From: Camelus ferus
Taxonomy: Eukaryota
Reading direction: 5' to 3'
Length of the DNA stretch: 64,000 bases
Assembly (NCBI RefSeq): GCF_009834535.1
Contig: NC_045705.1
Coordinates: 19,406,001 to 19,470,000, forward strand
Shown: positions 11,731 through 23,795 of the stretch, piece after piece
How the letters are laid out: each line of letters starts with the position of its first letter
Numbering within the stretch: the first letter of the stretch is position 1
Notes under the pieces: generated by a model
What the model was told of the DNA's origin: nothing
What the model saw: only the letters and a program-made list of their open reading frames with translations
The model's database searches: none
Made by a program: the position numbers and the translations under genes

Positions 11731-12189
11731 TTTGTTTTTGTTTTTGTTTTTTAGATGATAAATTACTTACGGATTAAATGGTTTGAGTTTCGTCTTTCTG
11801 TGACTTATAGCTAAAAGCATGTCCACAAATAAAGCTACATAATTACTTTGAATAGCTGCCTAGTCTATAGTGTGGGTATACCGGAACTAACCCCGGAAAA
11901 TTCCCAACTGTTTGACATCTAGGATATTTTCTAAAAAAAATGTTTTTTTACCACAATAAACAGCACTGATGAGTACCAGTACTTCCATTAATTCAATCTT
12001 TCATGTACTGCATGGTGTGTTGCTTACCTGCCATCCTCTGAAAATAAGCCTCCGACCCACAAGGTTGGTCCCACTGAGGCACAGTTTCTTAAATCTGACT
12101 GTTTTGTCAAAGATGAAAGTATGTGGCCTCCAGTCATCACCATTTTTTCTTCCTCTAGTGGAAAAGGCATGGACTTTGCAAGAAGACAG

Positions 12190-12370
12190 AAATGGTTAGA
12201 AACCTCTGCCACTTCTTACCTGGACAATCTCATGAGCTCTGGCTTCCATGCTCTGTAAAATGAGAACAGAAATACCAGCTTCCAAAGTGGGTTGTCAGGC
12301 TAAAATGGGATGACGCATATGAAGCACCCAGTCTGGAGCCTGACACAGGGTAAGTGCTGAAATGGTCATT
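12190..12370 (+). mobile_element. MIR
   Basis: ctctgccacttcttacc...ctgtaaaatgagaacag...cctgacacagggtaagtgct. Confidence 0.7.
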
Positions 12371-12504
12371 GTTTTTACATTTTGTTATTTACCGTTTGGG
12401 GGAACGCGTGTGGAAAAACAGGAATAGGGGTATTGCTCTCAAAATGTGGCAGTGAGATGCTGTTCACTTTCTTCCCAGAAGGGCCAAGACTTCCTGCTAA
12501 TCTT

Positions 12505-12770
12505 TTAAAATTTTTTATTTGAAATAACTCTAGATTTACAGAAGAGTGGAAAAGATAGCATGAAGAGTTCCGTATGCCCTTCACCCAGCTTCCCTTAATG
12601 TTGCCATCTTACATAACATGGCACACTTACCAAAACTGACAAATTACCATTGGAAATATCATCAAGAAAACTACGGACTTTATTTGGATTTAGCCAGTTT
12701 TTCCACTAATCTGACTTTTTCTGTTCCAGGTTACAATCCAGGATACCGTTGTTTCATTAGGTCCTGCTGT
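12505..12770 (-). mobile_element. L1MB/MC-type 3' end
   Basis: ttttttatttgaaataactctagatttacagaagagtggaaaagatagc...cccttcacccagcttccc. Confidence 0.8.
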
Positions 12771-12839
12771 TTTTAACAGACTCAAAGCCTTGGAGGGCTG
12801 AGCTGAACACACTTCTGCTGGGAAAATATCCAGACCTAG

Positions 12840-13000
12840 CATTTATTGGGTGCTTACGATTTGCCATTCTCATTGCACTACGGAATAGATAGTCCTGCCC
12901 TCATTTTACAAATGGAGACACTGAGACTCAGAAATTGAGAGCCTCCATCAAGGTCACTCAGAGGCACAGCTACCGTGTTAAACCAGGCAGCCTGGTTCCT
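12840..13000 (-). mobile_element. MIR
   Basis: cattttacaaatggagacactgagactcaga...aaggtcactcag. Confidence 0.7.
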
Positions 13001-14369
13001 GCATAGCTGCCCTTCCCAGAAGATGCACTCCCCTGGCCAAAGCCAGTCCTCCACGTGTGGCCGGGAGCACAGAGGGGATCCCGGGGCAGGGTCTTAAATT
13101 GAGCCCTTCCTGACCACGCCATCTCGCTCGGGTTACCTCCTGGCCCAGGCCCTCCACACCCCTTTCTCCCACTCTTACCACTTCCGCTCTGGCTCTCAGT
13201 GAAGCTGCTGCCTGTCAATCGTACCACCGTGCTCTTCGCAAAGGCGCCTCCTGGTGTTTGCGTTCGAATGGGGACCGGGGCCTGAAGTCAGACAATGAGG
13301 CTCATGGGGAGCAGGGCGAATTTGGGCCGAAGGTGGTCCTGCAGCCCCTTCTACGCAGCCACTGTGAAGGCACCAAGGCAGTTCTCTTGCTCAGAAGGCT
13401 TGCTTCTCCACTTGCAATATCACAGACAGCACCCTTCTCCTCATTCTGCAGGGATTGCCCCTGCCCCTGGGGACAGGAAAGGGATCCCCTTTTGGCACAG
13501 CCTGGGATCTTCCTGGATTTCCTAGCCAAGAGGGCCACAGGCAGCTGGGACTTCAGCTGACTCTCTGTGCTCCCAGCAGCATCACCACCGCCACGCCCTC
13601 GGTGGGCTTCTAACGACCCACTGTGTGTGCTAGATTTCTCCTTGCAGCAACGCAGCCGGGAGCCACAAACATCAATTCTTTGAATACAAAAATGGGGGCT
13701 TGAGCTACCCTGCTGGTAAATGGCAGAGCTTGGACCCAAACCTCAACCTGGCTGGCTCCAAAGTTGATAATCCTTCCACTACACCAGATGTTCCAAGACG
13801 ATTATTCTTGAAACAGGGCCATTGCCAAAATCAGCCTCGGGGGCCCGGTGCTGGGAGGGCCCTGTGCTGTCCCAGACCAGGCAACGTGCAGATCCCGGGC
13901 TCTGGAGGATCAGGCTGGTGACAAAGCCCCTTTCTAAGGCACCTGTCTGCAGGCGGAACAGGGCTCTCTGCCCGGCAGACAGGAGGGCGCGGGTGAGGGC
14001 CTGCATCCTGCCCGGGAGCTGACATTTCCTCCTTCAGGTGACACAGTTTAAAGAACGCCTGGTAGAGAACTTTGTCTCTATCTATCTGGCAAATTTGGCC
14101 TCGCTGGGTGGAGCAACTTTAATCCCTCTGTTTACATTAAGAGAGCGGGGCGAAACAAGCACTGAATTTAGCTGGAGCCACGTTTCAGCCGCAGGTCTGC
14201 CCTCAGTCCGGACACAGAAACCAGTTTTGAGGGGAAATAATCAACGCATTTACTCACCCCAGAGTCACCGACAAGCCATGTGCACCCCTCTGGATCATGG
14301 GTGGCCCTGAGACACCAGACGGGCCCTGGAAATCTTTACTGAGGAGCATGAGTAGGACAGCCAAGCTGC

Positions 14370-14570
14370 GTACTGGGCACCAAGCACTTCACGTGCACCG
14401 CCTTGGTTAATCCTGCAAACAGCAGGGAGGGAGGAGTAATGATTATCTCCACTTTATAGGTGAGGAAACTAAACCACAGAGAGCTTCAATATACTGCTTA
14501 AGTTCGCAGGGCCATTCAGCAACAGAACAGGGAGTTGAACCCAGACAGCCTGGGTGCAGGTAATCATTAT
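14370..14570 (-). mobile_element. MIR
   Basis: ctccactttataggtgaggaaactaaaccacagagag...gagttgaacccag. Confidence 0.7.
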
Positions 14571-14899
14571 TCTGTGTATCTTTGACCAACATAGACCGAG
14601 GTCTGGAGGGAAGTAGACCAAAGAGTGTATGCTGGCTGTCTCCAGGTGACTTTCTTGCACTTTTTTATTTGGCTTTCTTAATTTTCTACCAAAATATTTG
14701 TTTAGTGGGAACAGGCAAAACAATGAAAAGAATTATATTAGAAAAAAAGAGAAGGTTCTTAGTGAGTGCACATTGTCCAGGGCTCTGTCCCAGGGGTGTT
14801 CGCAGAAAATCAGTTTGGAGGGACCACCATGACTTGAGTGGACAGATGGCAGACAAACCATTGCTACAACACAAGGGGATTGCCTATTTACTTGTGTAC

Positions 14900-15460
14900 T
14901 GATTCAATTATTCATTTACTCCTTCAAAAAAGTATGGTGTTCCTGCTCTGTCCAGGCACTGTGATGGGTGTGGGGGATGCAGTTATGCCTAAAACAAGGT
15001 CACTGCCCTGGGTGGGGGGGATCCTAATCCCAGGGTTGGGGTGGGGACATTGTGCTTTCAATTGAACACCCTGTAACACCTTAAGGCACAAAGGAGTTTG
15101 CAAGTCTATCCCCTCCACCAGAGTTTGCATCCTTGAGCGCAGAGACTGGTACAAATACCTGCCACATATTCCAAGCACCCATTCATTCATGCATTTTTTA
15201 CATCACTACGTGGTGGTTGAGCATACAGGGTGTGCATCAAAGGAACAACCCACAAGGTCATTTCTCCAGGTTGAGGGAGGCAGAGAAGAGGGTGGTTGGA
15301 AAAATCACCACAGAGACTTGAGCAGAGGCTTAAGAATTGAGGAAGTTTTTGCCAGGTGAAGAAGGTACTTTCTGGTAGAAGGAACAGCGTATGAAAAATG
15401 ACAGTGGTGTGAAGCTGCCAGTGTGAGAAACTGCTGGCAGTTCACTGTGGTTGGATCACA
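14900..15460 (-). mobile_element. L2 fragments (two pieces)
   Basis: gattcaattattcattt...ccaggcactgtgatggg; gaaggtactttctggtagaaggaacagc. Confidence 0.55.
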
Positions 15461-15734
15461 GAGCATGTGTGGGAGGGAGTGCAGATTCAGGGAAGGATAG
15501 GACAGGAGGGGTGTGCAGGACCCAGACCCCGGTGGCCTTTGTCATGCTGAGGAGCTGGGACTTAAGTGTGGTTAAGTTACAAGGAGAAAGATCAAAGGAT
15601 GGAGTGGGGGGTACATGTGCAGACGGGGGCTGGGGCATATGAAGCTTTCTCCTCCTCCTCTACCTCCTCCTCTTTCTGTTTCATAAGCCTGCTCCTCCCC
15701 TTTTATACAGGAGTGAAAGGGTAGGAAACTAATA

Positions 15735-15920
15735 TCTTTCAGCAACTACTATATGCACCCTGTGGTGAGTGGTTTGCCGCCTTTAATCCTCACTCTGGCG
15801 CATATCACCAGCCCCATTTTCCAGATGAGGAAACTGAGGCTCAGAGCGGTTAAGTGGCAGAGCTGAGGTTGGCACTGACATGACTTCAGTTCCAAGAGCG
15901 GTGCTCTGTGCACTGGACCA
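15735..15920 (-). mobile_element. MIR
   Basis: ccccattttccagatgaggaaactgaggctcagagcggttaagtggcagagc. Confidence 0.8.
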
Positions 15921-16889
15921 GACTGAACAACTTAAAGTGGAAAGAAGCTTTTATCTCTGCGAAGTGTTTCATGTACCTAGGCTCATTTGATTCTTACCGT
16001 GACATTGAGTGGTAAATTGGGCAAGTATCATCATTCTCATTTTCAGGAGGAAAATTGAGTCAGAGAGGTTCATTGACTACGTGACAGTGATCTGAGAGTT
16101 TCAGGATTAGAGACATCCAAAGCACAGAACACATACCCATCTGAAAACCACACACGGAAACAAAAATAACCCGGAGACGGTTCTCAGTGCAAAGGGGCAG
16201 TTGTGGACATGCCACATGCGCGCATGAGATCCTTCCAGTGTGGAGGTTTGCAGCTGGAACAGCCGGAGGGGCCAATCCAAGTGGCTGAGCTAATCCCTTC
16301 CTCTGCCTTCTGCCTGCTTCCTCCGTCACCTCCAGGGCCCCTCCTGAGGGGACATCTGCGGACTCTCCACGGAATCCCTCATTTAGCTCCTGGGACCCAG
16401 CACAAGCCTGGGTGCANNNNNNNNNNNNNNNNNNNNNNNNNNNNNNNNNNNNNNNNNNNNNNNNNNNNNNNNNNNNNNNNNNNNNNNNNNNNNNNNNNNN
16501 NNNNNNNNNNNNNNNNNNNNNNNNNNNNNNNNNNNNNNNNNNNNNNNNNNNNNNNNNNNNNNNNNNNNNNNNAAAACCAGGAGAACAAATGATCCCAATT
16601 ATGAGAGAACCCACCGGGCTAATTATCGTCCCACTAAGGACAGAACCTCCCCCTCCTGCTGCTGCAGCGGCTGCGGGTGCACCAAGCACCCTGGGACCTC
16701 CCCCCCCACCCCCTTTCCTCAGCCTCGGAACTCCGGAAGCCCGCAATCTAGGCCCCCAGCTCTCTGCCTGGAGATTTGCTTTCTTGAATACAAAACCCAC
16801 ATGTCCCCTCAGCTCAGCCACATCAGGGCTGCATCCCTGCTTTGGTCCAAGGTCATTCTCCCCACAGCCTCTTCCATCAGTGGTAACTC

Positions 16890-17100
16890 ATGTATGCTGT
16901 GCTTTGCCTGTGTGCCGGGCACTGTTGAAAGCACTTTATGATTCTTCCCCCCCAATAATATAATCAGTCAGGTCCTACTATTATCTCCATTTTACAGATG
17001 AAGAAACTGAGGCAGACAGAGATTAAATAACCTGTTCAAGGACAAGCAACAGAACTGGGATTTGAACCCACGTGATGTCACCACAGCACCTGTGCCTGAC
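16890..17100 (-). mobile_element. MIR
   Basis: ctccatttacagatgaagaaactgaggc...gggatttgaaccc. Confidence 0.8.
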
Positions 17101-17202
17101 CACCTGCGATTCATGAACGATCAGAAAGCCCCCAAATCAATCAATTCGGATACTCCAGGCAGACTTCTCCCCCTAACTACATGGGTACAACCGCCTTCTA
17201 GA

Positions 17203-17405
17203 ACAGTGCTCTCCAGAACTTTCTGCAGTGATGCAAATGCTTTCGTGCTCTGTCCAGTGCAGTAACCACTAAGCCACATGAGGCTGCTGAGAATGTGAAA
17301 TGTGGCTATTGGGCCTGAGAAAGTGAATTTTCAATTTTATTTCATCTTAATTTCAATTGAAAGAGCCCCTTGTGGCTGGTGGCTGCCGTGCTGGGTAGCA
17401 CAGTT
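17203..17405. mobile_element. MER3-like hAT-Charlie
   Basis: cagtgctctccagaactttctgcagtgatg...tgtggctggtggctgccgtgctgggtagcacag. Confidence 0.8.
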
Positions 17406-17519
17406 CTGGCTGGTCAGCCCTTATTCCTCAAAGGCAGCAGTTCCCAAATCCACCCTGTATTTGTCACCTCACCCCCGCCCCAGCCCCTCCTGCAGCTTTC
17501 TGGCCTCCTGGTGAGCTTT

Positions 17520-17807
17520 TTTTTTTTTTTTTATTGAGTTATAATCAGTTTACAATGTTGTGTCAATTTCCAGTGTAGAGCACACTTTTTCAGTTCTACA
17601 TAAACATGCATATATTCATTGTTGCATTCTTTTTCACCGCGAGCTACCACAAGATCTTGTATGTATTTCCCTGTGCTATACAGTATAATCTTGTTTATCT
17701 AGTCTACATATGCCTGTCAGAATCTACAAATTTCGAACCCCCAGTCTGTCCCTTCCCATCCCTCTCCCCTCTGGCAATCGCAAGCTTGTATTCTATGTCT
17801 GTGAGCC
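17520..17807 (-). mobile_element. Lineage-specific L1, 5'-truncated 3' UTR
   Basis: poly-T followed by L1 3'UTR; TSD ggtgagcttt at 17510-17519 and 17808-17817. Confidence 0.85.
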
Positions 17808-18513
17808 GGTGAGCTTTCTTGATGCAGACAGAAGGACACAGGTCTCTTCCCTTTCTGCTTTCTCCCCCTTCTGTTCTCTAAGCCCCCTCCAGCCCAGGGG
17901 CTCGCGTGGAGGAATGCGGCTTGGCTGCCCTTGAGTTGAATGATGATCGTGGACCTTTGGAATGTCCACAAAGCCCCACACCCTCGGCCTCCCCAGTCTC
18001 CCTCCTTCGCCGGGGTANNNNNNNNNNNNNNNNNNNNNNNNNNNNNNNNNNNNNNNNNNNNNNNNNNNNNNNNNNNNNNNNNNNNNNNNNNNNNNNNNNN
18101 NNNNNNNNNNNNNNNNNNNNNNNNNNNNNNNNNNNNNNNNNNNNNNNNNNNNNNNNNNNNNNNNNNNNNNNNNNNNNNNNNNNNNNNNNAGGCTGGCAGC
18201 CGAGTGGGGCCACTGGGCCTTTGTGTGAGCCCGCACACAATGCCCCCATTCTTACCGCGCTGCGCTCGCCCCTGCAAACATCTGTGCTCAGCCCCTCTTG
18301 AGGAGGAGCCAAAGGGGTAACATTTACACTCTGCTCATCCAATTTGTCCCGGCACCAGGGCCTGAGTCAACGGGAGATATGACGGCCACTCTGAAAATAA
18401 CATGCAGGACTGGGATGCGTGTGTGTTTGGAGCTGGGATGTTTGCAAAATCTCTGGGGCAGAAGGTTAGGGGACTGATGGAAAGAGAAGTATGGTGCTGA
18501 GACTTCTAGCTGC

Positions 18514-18583
18514 AGGGAGGAAGAAAGGAAGGGAGGGAGGAAGGAAGGAAGGAAGCAAGAAAGGAAGGAAGGAAGGAAGGAAG
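18514..18583 (+). repeat. (GGAA)n purine-rich microsatellite
   Basis: 70-bp purine tract with a single C. Confidence 0.95.
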
Positions 18584-18599
18584 CCAAAGAGGGGAAAAT

Positions 18600-18830
18600 G
18601 ACAGCTACTGTAGAATGAGTGCTTGTTATGTGCCGGGAACTGTGCTAAGCACTTTTATGGGCATTCTCTAATTTATTTCTTAACGTAATCTGTGACATGA
18701 AAATAGCAACTATTATTGGCCCATTTTACAGATGAGAAACTTATTTATGGTTCAGAGAAATTGTGAAACTTACTATGGTTTCAGCTCATGTCTTTCTGAC
18801 TCCAAAGTCCACAATCTTCATCTCTAAGAT
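18600..18830 (-). mobile_element. MIR
   Basis: gtgccgggaactgtgctaagcac...cccattttacagatgagaaact. Confidence 0.75.
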
Positions 18831-19354
18831 CTACTTCTACCAGAAGAACATACATAGAAAGGAAGAGGCTGCTAGGGGTGTGTTTTAGGTGGAGGGCAAG
18901 AGGCCAACATTTGAGAAGTTTGCAACACTCCCCTTGGTTTCTGAGGGGTTTTGCCTTTGGGGAGGTCCGCCCCCACCGAGCGGCGCTCCCACCCCACTCC
19001 GGGGCTATACATATGTAAAAGACGCCAATAAAACAGTCGAGAGAGCCTGCTCTCCTAAATCTTCAGGGGACAAAACCTCCCACTTGTGATGCTTCAAAGC
19101 TGCCCAGAGCTACCAGTTTACCCCCAGAAGTCCCGATTCAATGCCTCTGATTGGAAAATAAATAGCCTTGCACATAAAAACCGCAGGCCAATTGTGAGCC
19201 CAGGGAATGGGAAAGTGCCCGGTGTGGACCACTGTGCACCAGCCCAGGGCCTGGCTCTCCCCAGGCAGCCGCTCCTTAAGGAGATGAGTGGGAGCTGGGG
19301 TGAGGGCCTGGGTGGAAAGGGGGATTTCAGAAATGGCTCCTTGGAAAGATGTTT

Positions 19355-19430
19355 TAAAAACTGAAGTATCCTTGACATATAACATATTAGTTTCAAATGT
19401 ACGATATAACGATTCATAATGATATATTAT
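19355..19430 (-). mobile_element. Short L1 3' end
   Basis: aactgaagtatccttgacatataacatattagtttcaaatgtac. Confidence 0.6.
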
Positions 19431-19489
19431 ATATATATAGTGAAATGATTTTTTAAAACCCGGATTTTAAAAAAAATGTTAAATTCTAT

Positions 19490-19860
19490 CATTTATTGTA
19501 GAAAATACATACAAGCAGAAGCAAGGGAACACATCACATGGGTCCTCCTGCCCAATTCTGAATGATTAGTTTTGCAAATTATGGACGAAATCTGGTTTAT
19601 TGAATCAATCTCCACTGTTCGATATGTGGCTTGTTTCCTTTTTTTCCCCATCTCACAAACTGTGCTATAATGAATTTCCTTGTGACTAAATTGGGGTGCA
19701 CCCACATTCCTGGTAAATATCTTGGAATACATTCCTCGAAGAGAAATTACTAAGTCAAAGTGAATATACATGCTTATTTTGAGGGGCAGGAATCTTGAGT
19801 GTCTATTAGGACTTTTGAAAAAATGATTTGGAAAGCCAAGTGTCAACCCCAGATCCAATT
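19490..19860 (-). mobile_element. L1ME-like fragment
   Basis: ctccactgttcgatatgtggcttgtttcc...gaatacattcctcgaagagaaattactaagtcaaag. Confidence 0.65.
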
Positions 19861-20054
19861 CCTACCCAACGGAAATATCCTCACCCTCCAACATTTAAGC
19901 TTGATACTTAAGGCAGGTCTGATTGTGCAAATCCAAGCTTTGGAATCTTCTAGTCGTCTCGTTGGTGAGTATGGCTCAGCACCTGCAGCTCCAGGATGAC
20001 AGCAGCAGGGCCTGAAACTTGCCCCCATTAGTGTCCTACAGGAAACAGCTGAAT

Positions 20055-20290
20055 AGAGTTCTGGCCTGTGGTCTCTGGAGTCAGCCTAGATTCAACATCA
20101 GCTCCACCTCTGATGGGCTGTGTGCCCGCAGGGAAATCACCCAACCTCTCTGAATCTCAGTTCCTCATCTGCAAATTAGTGGGTGATGCTTGTGCCTGTC
20201 TTATTCCTGTGAAGATTTTATATGTAAAATACTTAGCACAATGCCTGATACATGGTAAATGTTCATCCAGCATTTGCTACTGTACTGTTA
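20055..20290 (+). mobile_element. MIR (near full length)
   Basis: tctctggagtcagcctagattcaac...ctctctgaatctcagttcctcatctgcaaatt...cacaatgcctgatacatggtaaatg. Confidence 0.85.
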
Positions 20291-20449
20291 TTATACTGAC
20301 CCGTTAATGTGCTAGTCAAACAAACTCTTAGTTATTCAAGTCTTAGGTTTTTCTTGGAAGTAGCAAGAAAGACCAAAAATTATACTCTATTTAATGTAAT
20401 GCTTACATTACACAGAAGGTGATTTAATTCCACCTAACATCCACCGAGG

Positions 20450-20680
20450 CCCAGCTGCGAGCTGGACACTGATGTTATGCTGCTATGAGGGAAGCGGAGA
20501 TGAAGGTGCCTCCAGGAGCTCACTGGCTAGTCGTGAAGCTGGAAACATACATCAGTAACTCAGCTCCAAGGCTGCGTGCTGCCAGCGACTGAAAGAGAGG
20601 TGCAACAGTCTGTGTGGAGCAGGCGTCTTAAGCAGCATCGTAGGGGAGGAGGGATTTGAGGTGCGGCTCAGGGAGGTCCA
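20450..20680 (-). mobile_element. L2 fragment
   Basis: aaggtgcctccaggagctcactggctag...ggagggatttgag. Confidence 0.45.
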
Positions 20681-20814
20681 GTGACTCGTCCAAAGTCACA
20701 GAGTTACGAAGATGCCAAGCTGGGATTAGACTTAGGTTAGTCTGGTTAAAGAATTCCTGTTTGTTTATTCCATACTAATAAGCAAATAAAGAGTAAAGCC
20801 GCTCTAAAGTAGAC

Positions 20815-21003
20815 TGAGGCTGCCCAACAGTTTGCGGTGATGTCAGAAATGTTCTGTACCCCGCTGTCCAACGTGGCAACCCCTCGCCGCATGCGGCTCC
20901 TTAGTGCTTGGAAAGTAGCTAGTTTGAATGAATCCAACATTCATTTATGATTTTTTACATTTTATTTAAATGTGGCTAGCGGCTGCTGTGTTGCACAGTG
21001 CAA
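20815..21003. mobile_element. MER3-like hAT-Charlie
   Basis: gaaatgttctgtaccccgctgtccaac...atgtggctagcggctgctgtgttgcacagtgca. Confidence 0.7.
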
Positions 21004-22039
21004 CTCTAAGAAAACTGATTTAAAGAGAAGGGGTAATGTTGAAAATCAAAGTTTTCGGTGACTAGGAAAGTGAACGATTTTAAAAAGTTAAAAAGGGAAA
21101 GGAAATCAGGCTCTAATTCGAAAGGAACTGTTAATAATAATTAGAAAAAAATAGTTTTCATGGAAGCCAAATATTTCCCCCCGCTTGGAGCAACGCATCC
21201 ATTTGGTTGATGTGCTCTGACCATGCCATCTTTGTGGCTCTTNNNNNNNNNNNNNNNNNNNNNNNNNNNNNNNNNNNNNNNNNNNNNNNNNNNNNNNNNN
21301 NNNNNNNNNNNNNNNNNNNNNNNNNNNNNNNNNNNNNNNNNNNNNNNNNNNNNNNNNNNNNNNNNNNNNNNNNNNNNNNNNNNNNNNNNNNNNNNNNNNN
21401 NNNNNNNNNNNNNNNNNNNNNNNNNNNNNNTGCTTTCAGGTCAGAGAAAACTTCCTCTCTGAAGTTTTTAGTGGTTGGAACTGTGCAAAGGCACACCAGG
21501 CAACCTCAAGGGGAGGTGAGTCTCCCATCAGGAGGAGTGTTCAAGCAAGTGAACAATCCTGAGTATGTTGTAACAAGGTTGTGTATGTCAGGTGGGAGTG
21601 GAGAGGTAGTTGGAATAAAAGGCCCTGTATGTTATTTCTAACTCCCAAAGTCAGGCTCTTTGTAAAGCAGGCATCTTTGCTGTATAGAAATCTTCACCTA
21701 TCCACATACCATTGTCAAGTTCAGACTGGGAACCCCCTGAGGTCAGGGCTGTGTTCCTGGGCCAGGCATGGTACTTGGCACATGGAGGGTGTTCAGAAAA
21801 TCCTGATCTTTGCTGTTGAAAGATCATTCAGATCTTGATGTCTTAACCTAAACAAATAGCAGTCTTCATTCGCTTTGGTGAGAGTAAATGCACTAAGTAA
21901 GTTGAGTGCAAATTTGAGTTAATCTCCATAAAGATCAAACAATCATCCTATGTAAATTTATTAAGTACCTCTCATGTGCCCAGCCCTGTGAGACAAAAGG
22001 GAGGGAGGATGCTCACAATTTGGGCTATGGGCTGAGGAC

Positions 22040-22200
22040 TGTGGTAGTGATTTGCATACATTTGGTAGTACAATATCCACAAGCTTAGAAGAGGGATTAA
22101 TGTACCCATTTTATAGATAAGGAAGTTGAGGCTTGACAAGAAAGTAATCCAAAATCACATAGATAATAAGTGGCTGAAGGAACAGTCAACAGCCTTGAGT
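22040..22200 (-). mobile_element. MIR
   Basis: cccattttatagataaggaagttgaggc. Confidence 0.6.
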
Positions 22201-22569
22201 CCTAGCCTTATGGGGCACGTGACAGAACTTATCGGGAGGGATCACTGTTGGTGAGGACAGGAGACTGGAGAGACATCTTGGGCAATATGATAACATCTCA
22301 ACCCTGAGGAGGTGGGGAGATGTCTTCTGCCTCATTGCCAGAGAAACCACCATGTCCTGGTGGCTCACAATGATTTAGGACCACAGCAGATAACGTCGTC
22401 TTTTCATTTCACCCTTCCCACCCTAATTCTTAAAAGCCCTTACCTGACAATGGGAACCCATTAGCTTGGTGTCTTTAAACTTCTAAAGAATCACTTCAAA
22501 TTCAAGACCCTTTTTTTCAGCTCTCTCTCATTGACCAGTTTTCAAAGCCCCACTTAATACGTATTAACC

Positions 22570-22830
22570 AAGACTCTTGTGAGTGGCAGAAACCCCATTC
22601 AAAGTACTTTAATGACAAAAGAGGCTCATGGTGCTGAAAAGGCAAGACTTCAGGTGCAGCTGACATAGGTGCTCAGACGATGGTGTTAGAAAAGTCTCTC
22701 CCGTATCTTTTGGCTCCTCTTCCTTATGTTTTGGCTCCATTATCGGGCATGGCCCCCAGGCACCCCAGGTTTGCTTTCAATCTGCTTAGCATCTTCAGCA
22801 GAGGCCATGCTACTTTCTTGCAAGAGTTCT
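22570..22830 (-). mobile_element. MLT1(K/L)-like LTR fragment
   Basis: gagtggcagaaaccccattcaaag...gacttcaggtgcagctg. Confidence 0.55.
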
Positions 22831-23129
22831 AGAATCGAAAGAAATGTAGTGCAATAAATAGTGTTGAAACTGTGAACTACTTTGAGCTAGAGGTTTGTGC
22901 TGGATCTGACAGATGTCAAGGACTGCTGTGTTTCCCTTGAAATTTTAAAACATCCCGAGGCAGCCCTGAGGGTTCTCTGTGGCACCCCAGGGCGCTTCCG
23001 TGTGCAGCTTGGGACAGAAGGTTGTTGGGCTGCCTTCTCCCTGTTTGTCCTGCTACTTCCCTCTCTTTCCGAATCCCTGGCCTCATCGCTTCCTGTTAGA
23101 GAGTAGCATTTGGAGTTCCGTCTTTGGCT

Positions 23130-23300
23130 TTTATAAACATATCACTTGAAGTAGGTTACTTATTCTTTCTAATCCTTAGTTTTCTCTATGGTAAGTGGTA
23201 ATTACAATATCTACTTAGTAGGGCCATTGTCAAGATTAAATGAGATTCTATATTTAATGTGCTGAGCACGGCACCTGGAAGATATTCAATGTTCAGAGCT
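23130..23300 (+). mobile_element. MIR
   Basis: ccttagttttctctatggtaagtgg...agattaaatgaga...gcacggcacctgg. Confidence 0.7.
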
Positions 23301-23351
23301 GGAACTATTCTTCTTCTTATTATTGTTACTACTATTAATACATGGGGCAGA

Positions 23352-23795
23352 TGTATTAGTCAGCATTTGGTTCATCTGTGAATGACAGAAAACACAAAAT
23401 AAGTGGCTTAAATAAAAGTTTACTTTACTCTCATGCAAAAGTCCAGGAAGATATTCCAGGTCTGGTGTGATGCTACTCAGTGCCAGGGATTCAGACTCTC
23501 TCTGTCTTATTTATCTACTGTGCATATCTCCATTTCCAGGGCCACCTCATGGCCCAAGATGGCTGCTCTAGAGACAGTCATCAAATCCCATTCCAGCCAG
23601 AAGGAAGAAGGAAACAGAAGTTCATGCTCTCTTTCTTCCTGGAAGTTACATACCCAAGTCCTGCACAGATCTCAATGCCAGAATTGAAGTCACACCTAGC
23701 TTCAAGGGAAATGGAGAAATGTAATGTTATTCTGGGCAGCCATTGTGCCCAGCTAAAAATTCTGTTGCTATTGGGGCAGGGCAGACTCTGCCACA
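23352..23795 (-). mobile_element. MLT1J-like solo LTR, full length
   Basis: TGTATTAGTCAG...CTGCCACA; ggcccaagatggctgct core; perfect 5-bp TSD GCAGA at 23347-23351 and 23796-23800. Confidence 0.85.

Noticed and set aside
16060-18342. Long ORFs of 120-253 aa around the 16.4 and 18.0 kb gaps
   Set aside because: Their length comes from N-runs and GC-rich, stop-poor sequence; no recognisable protein.
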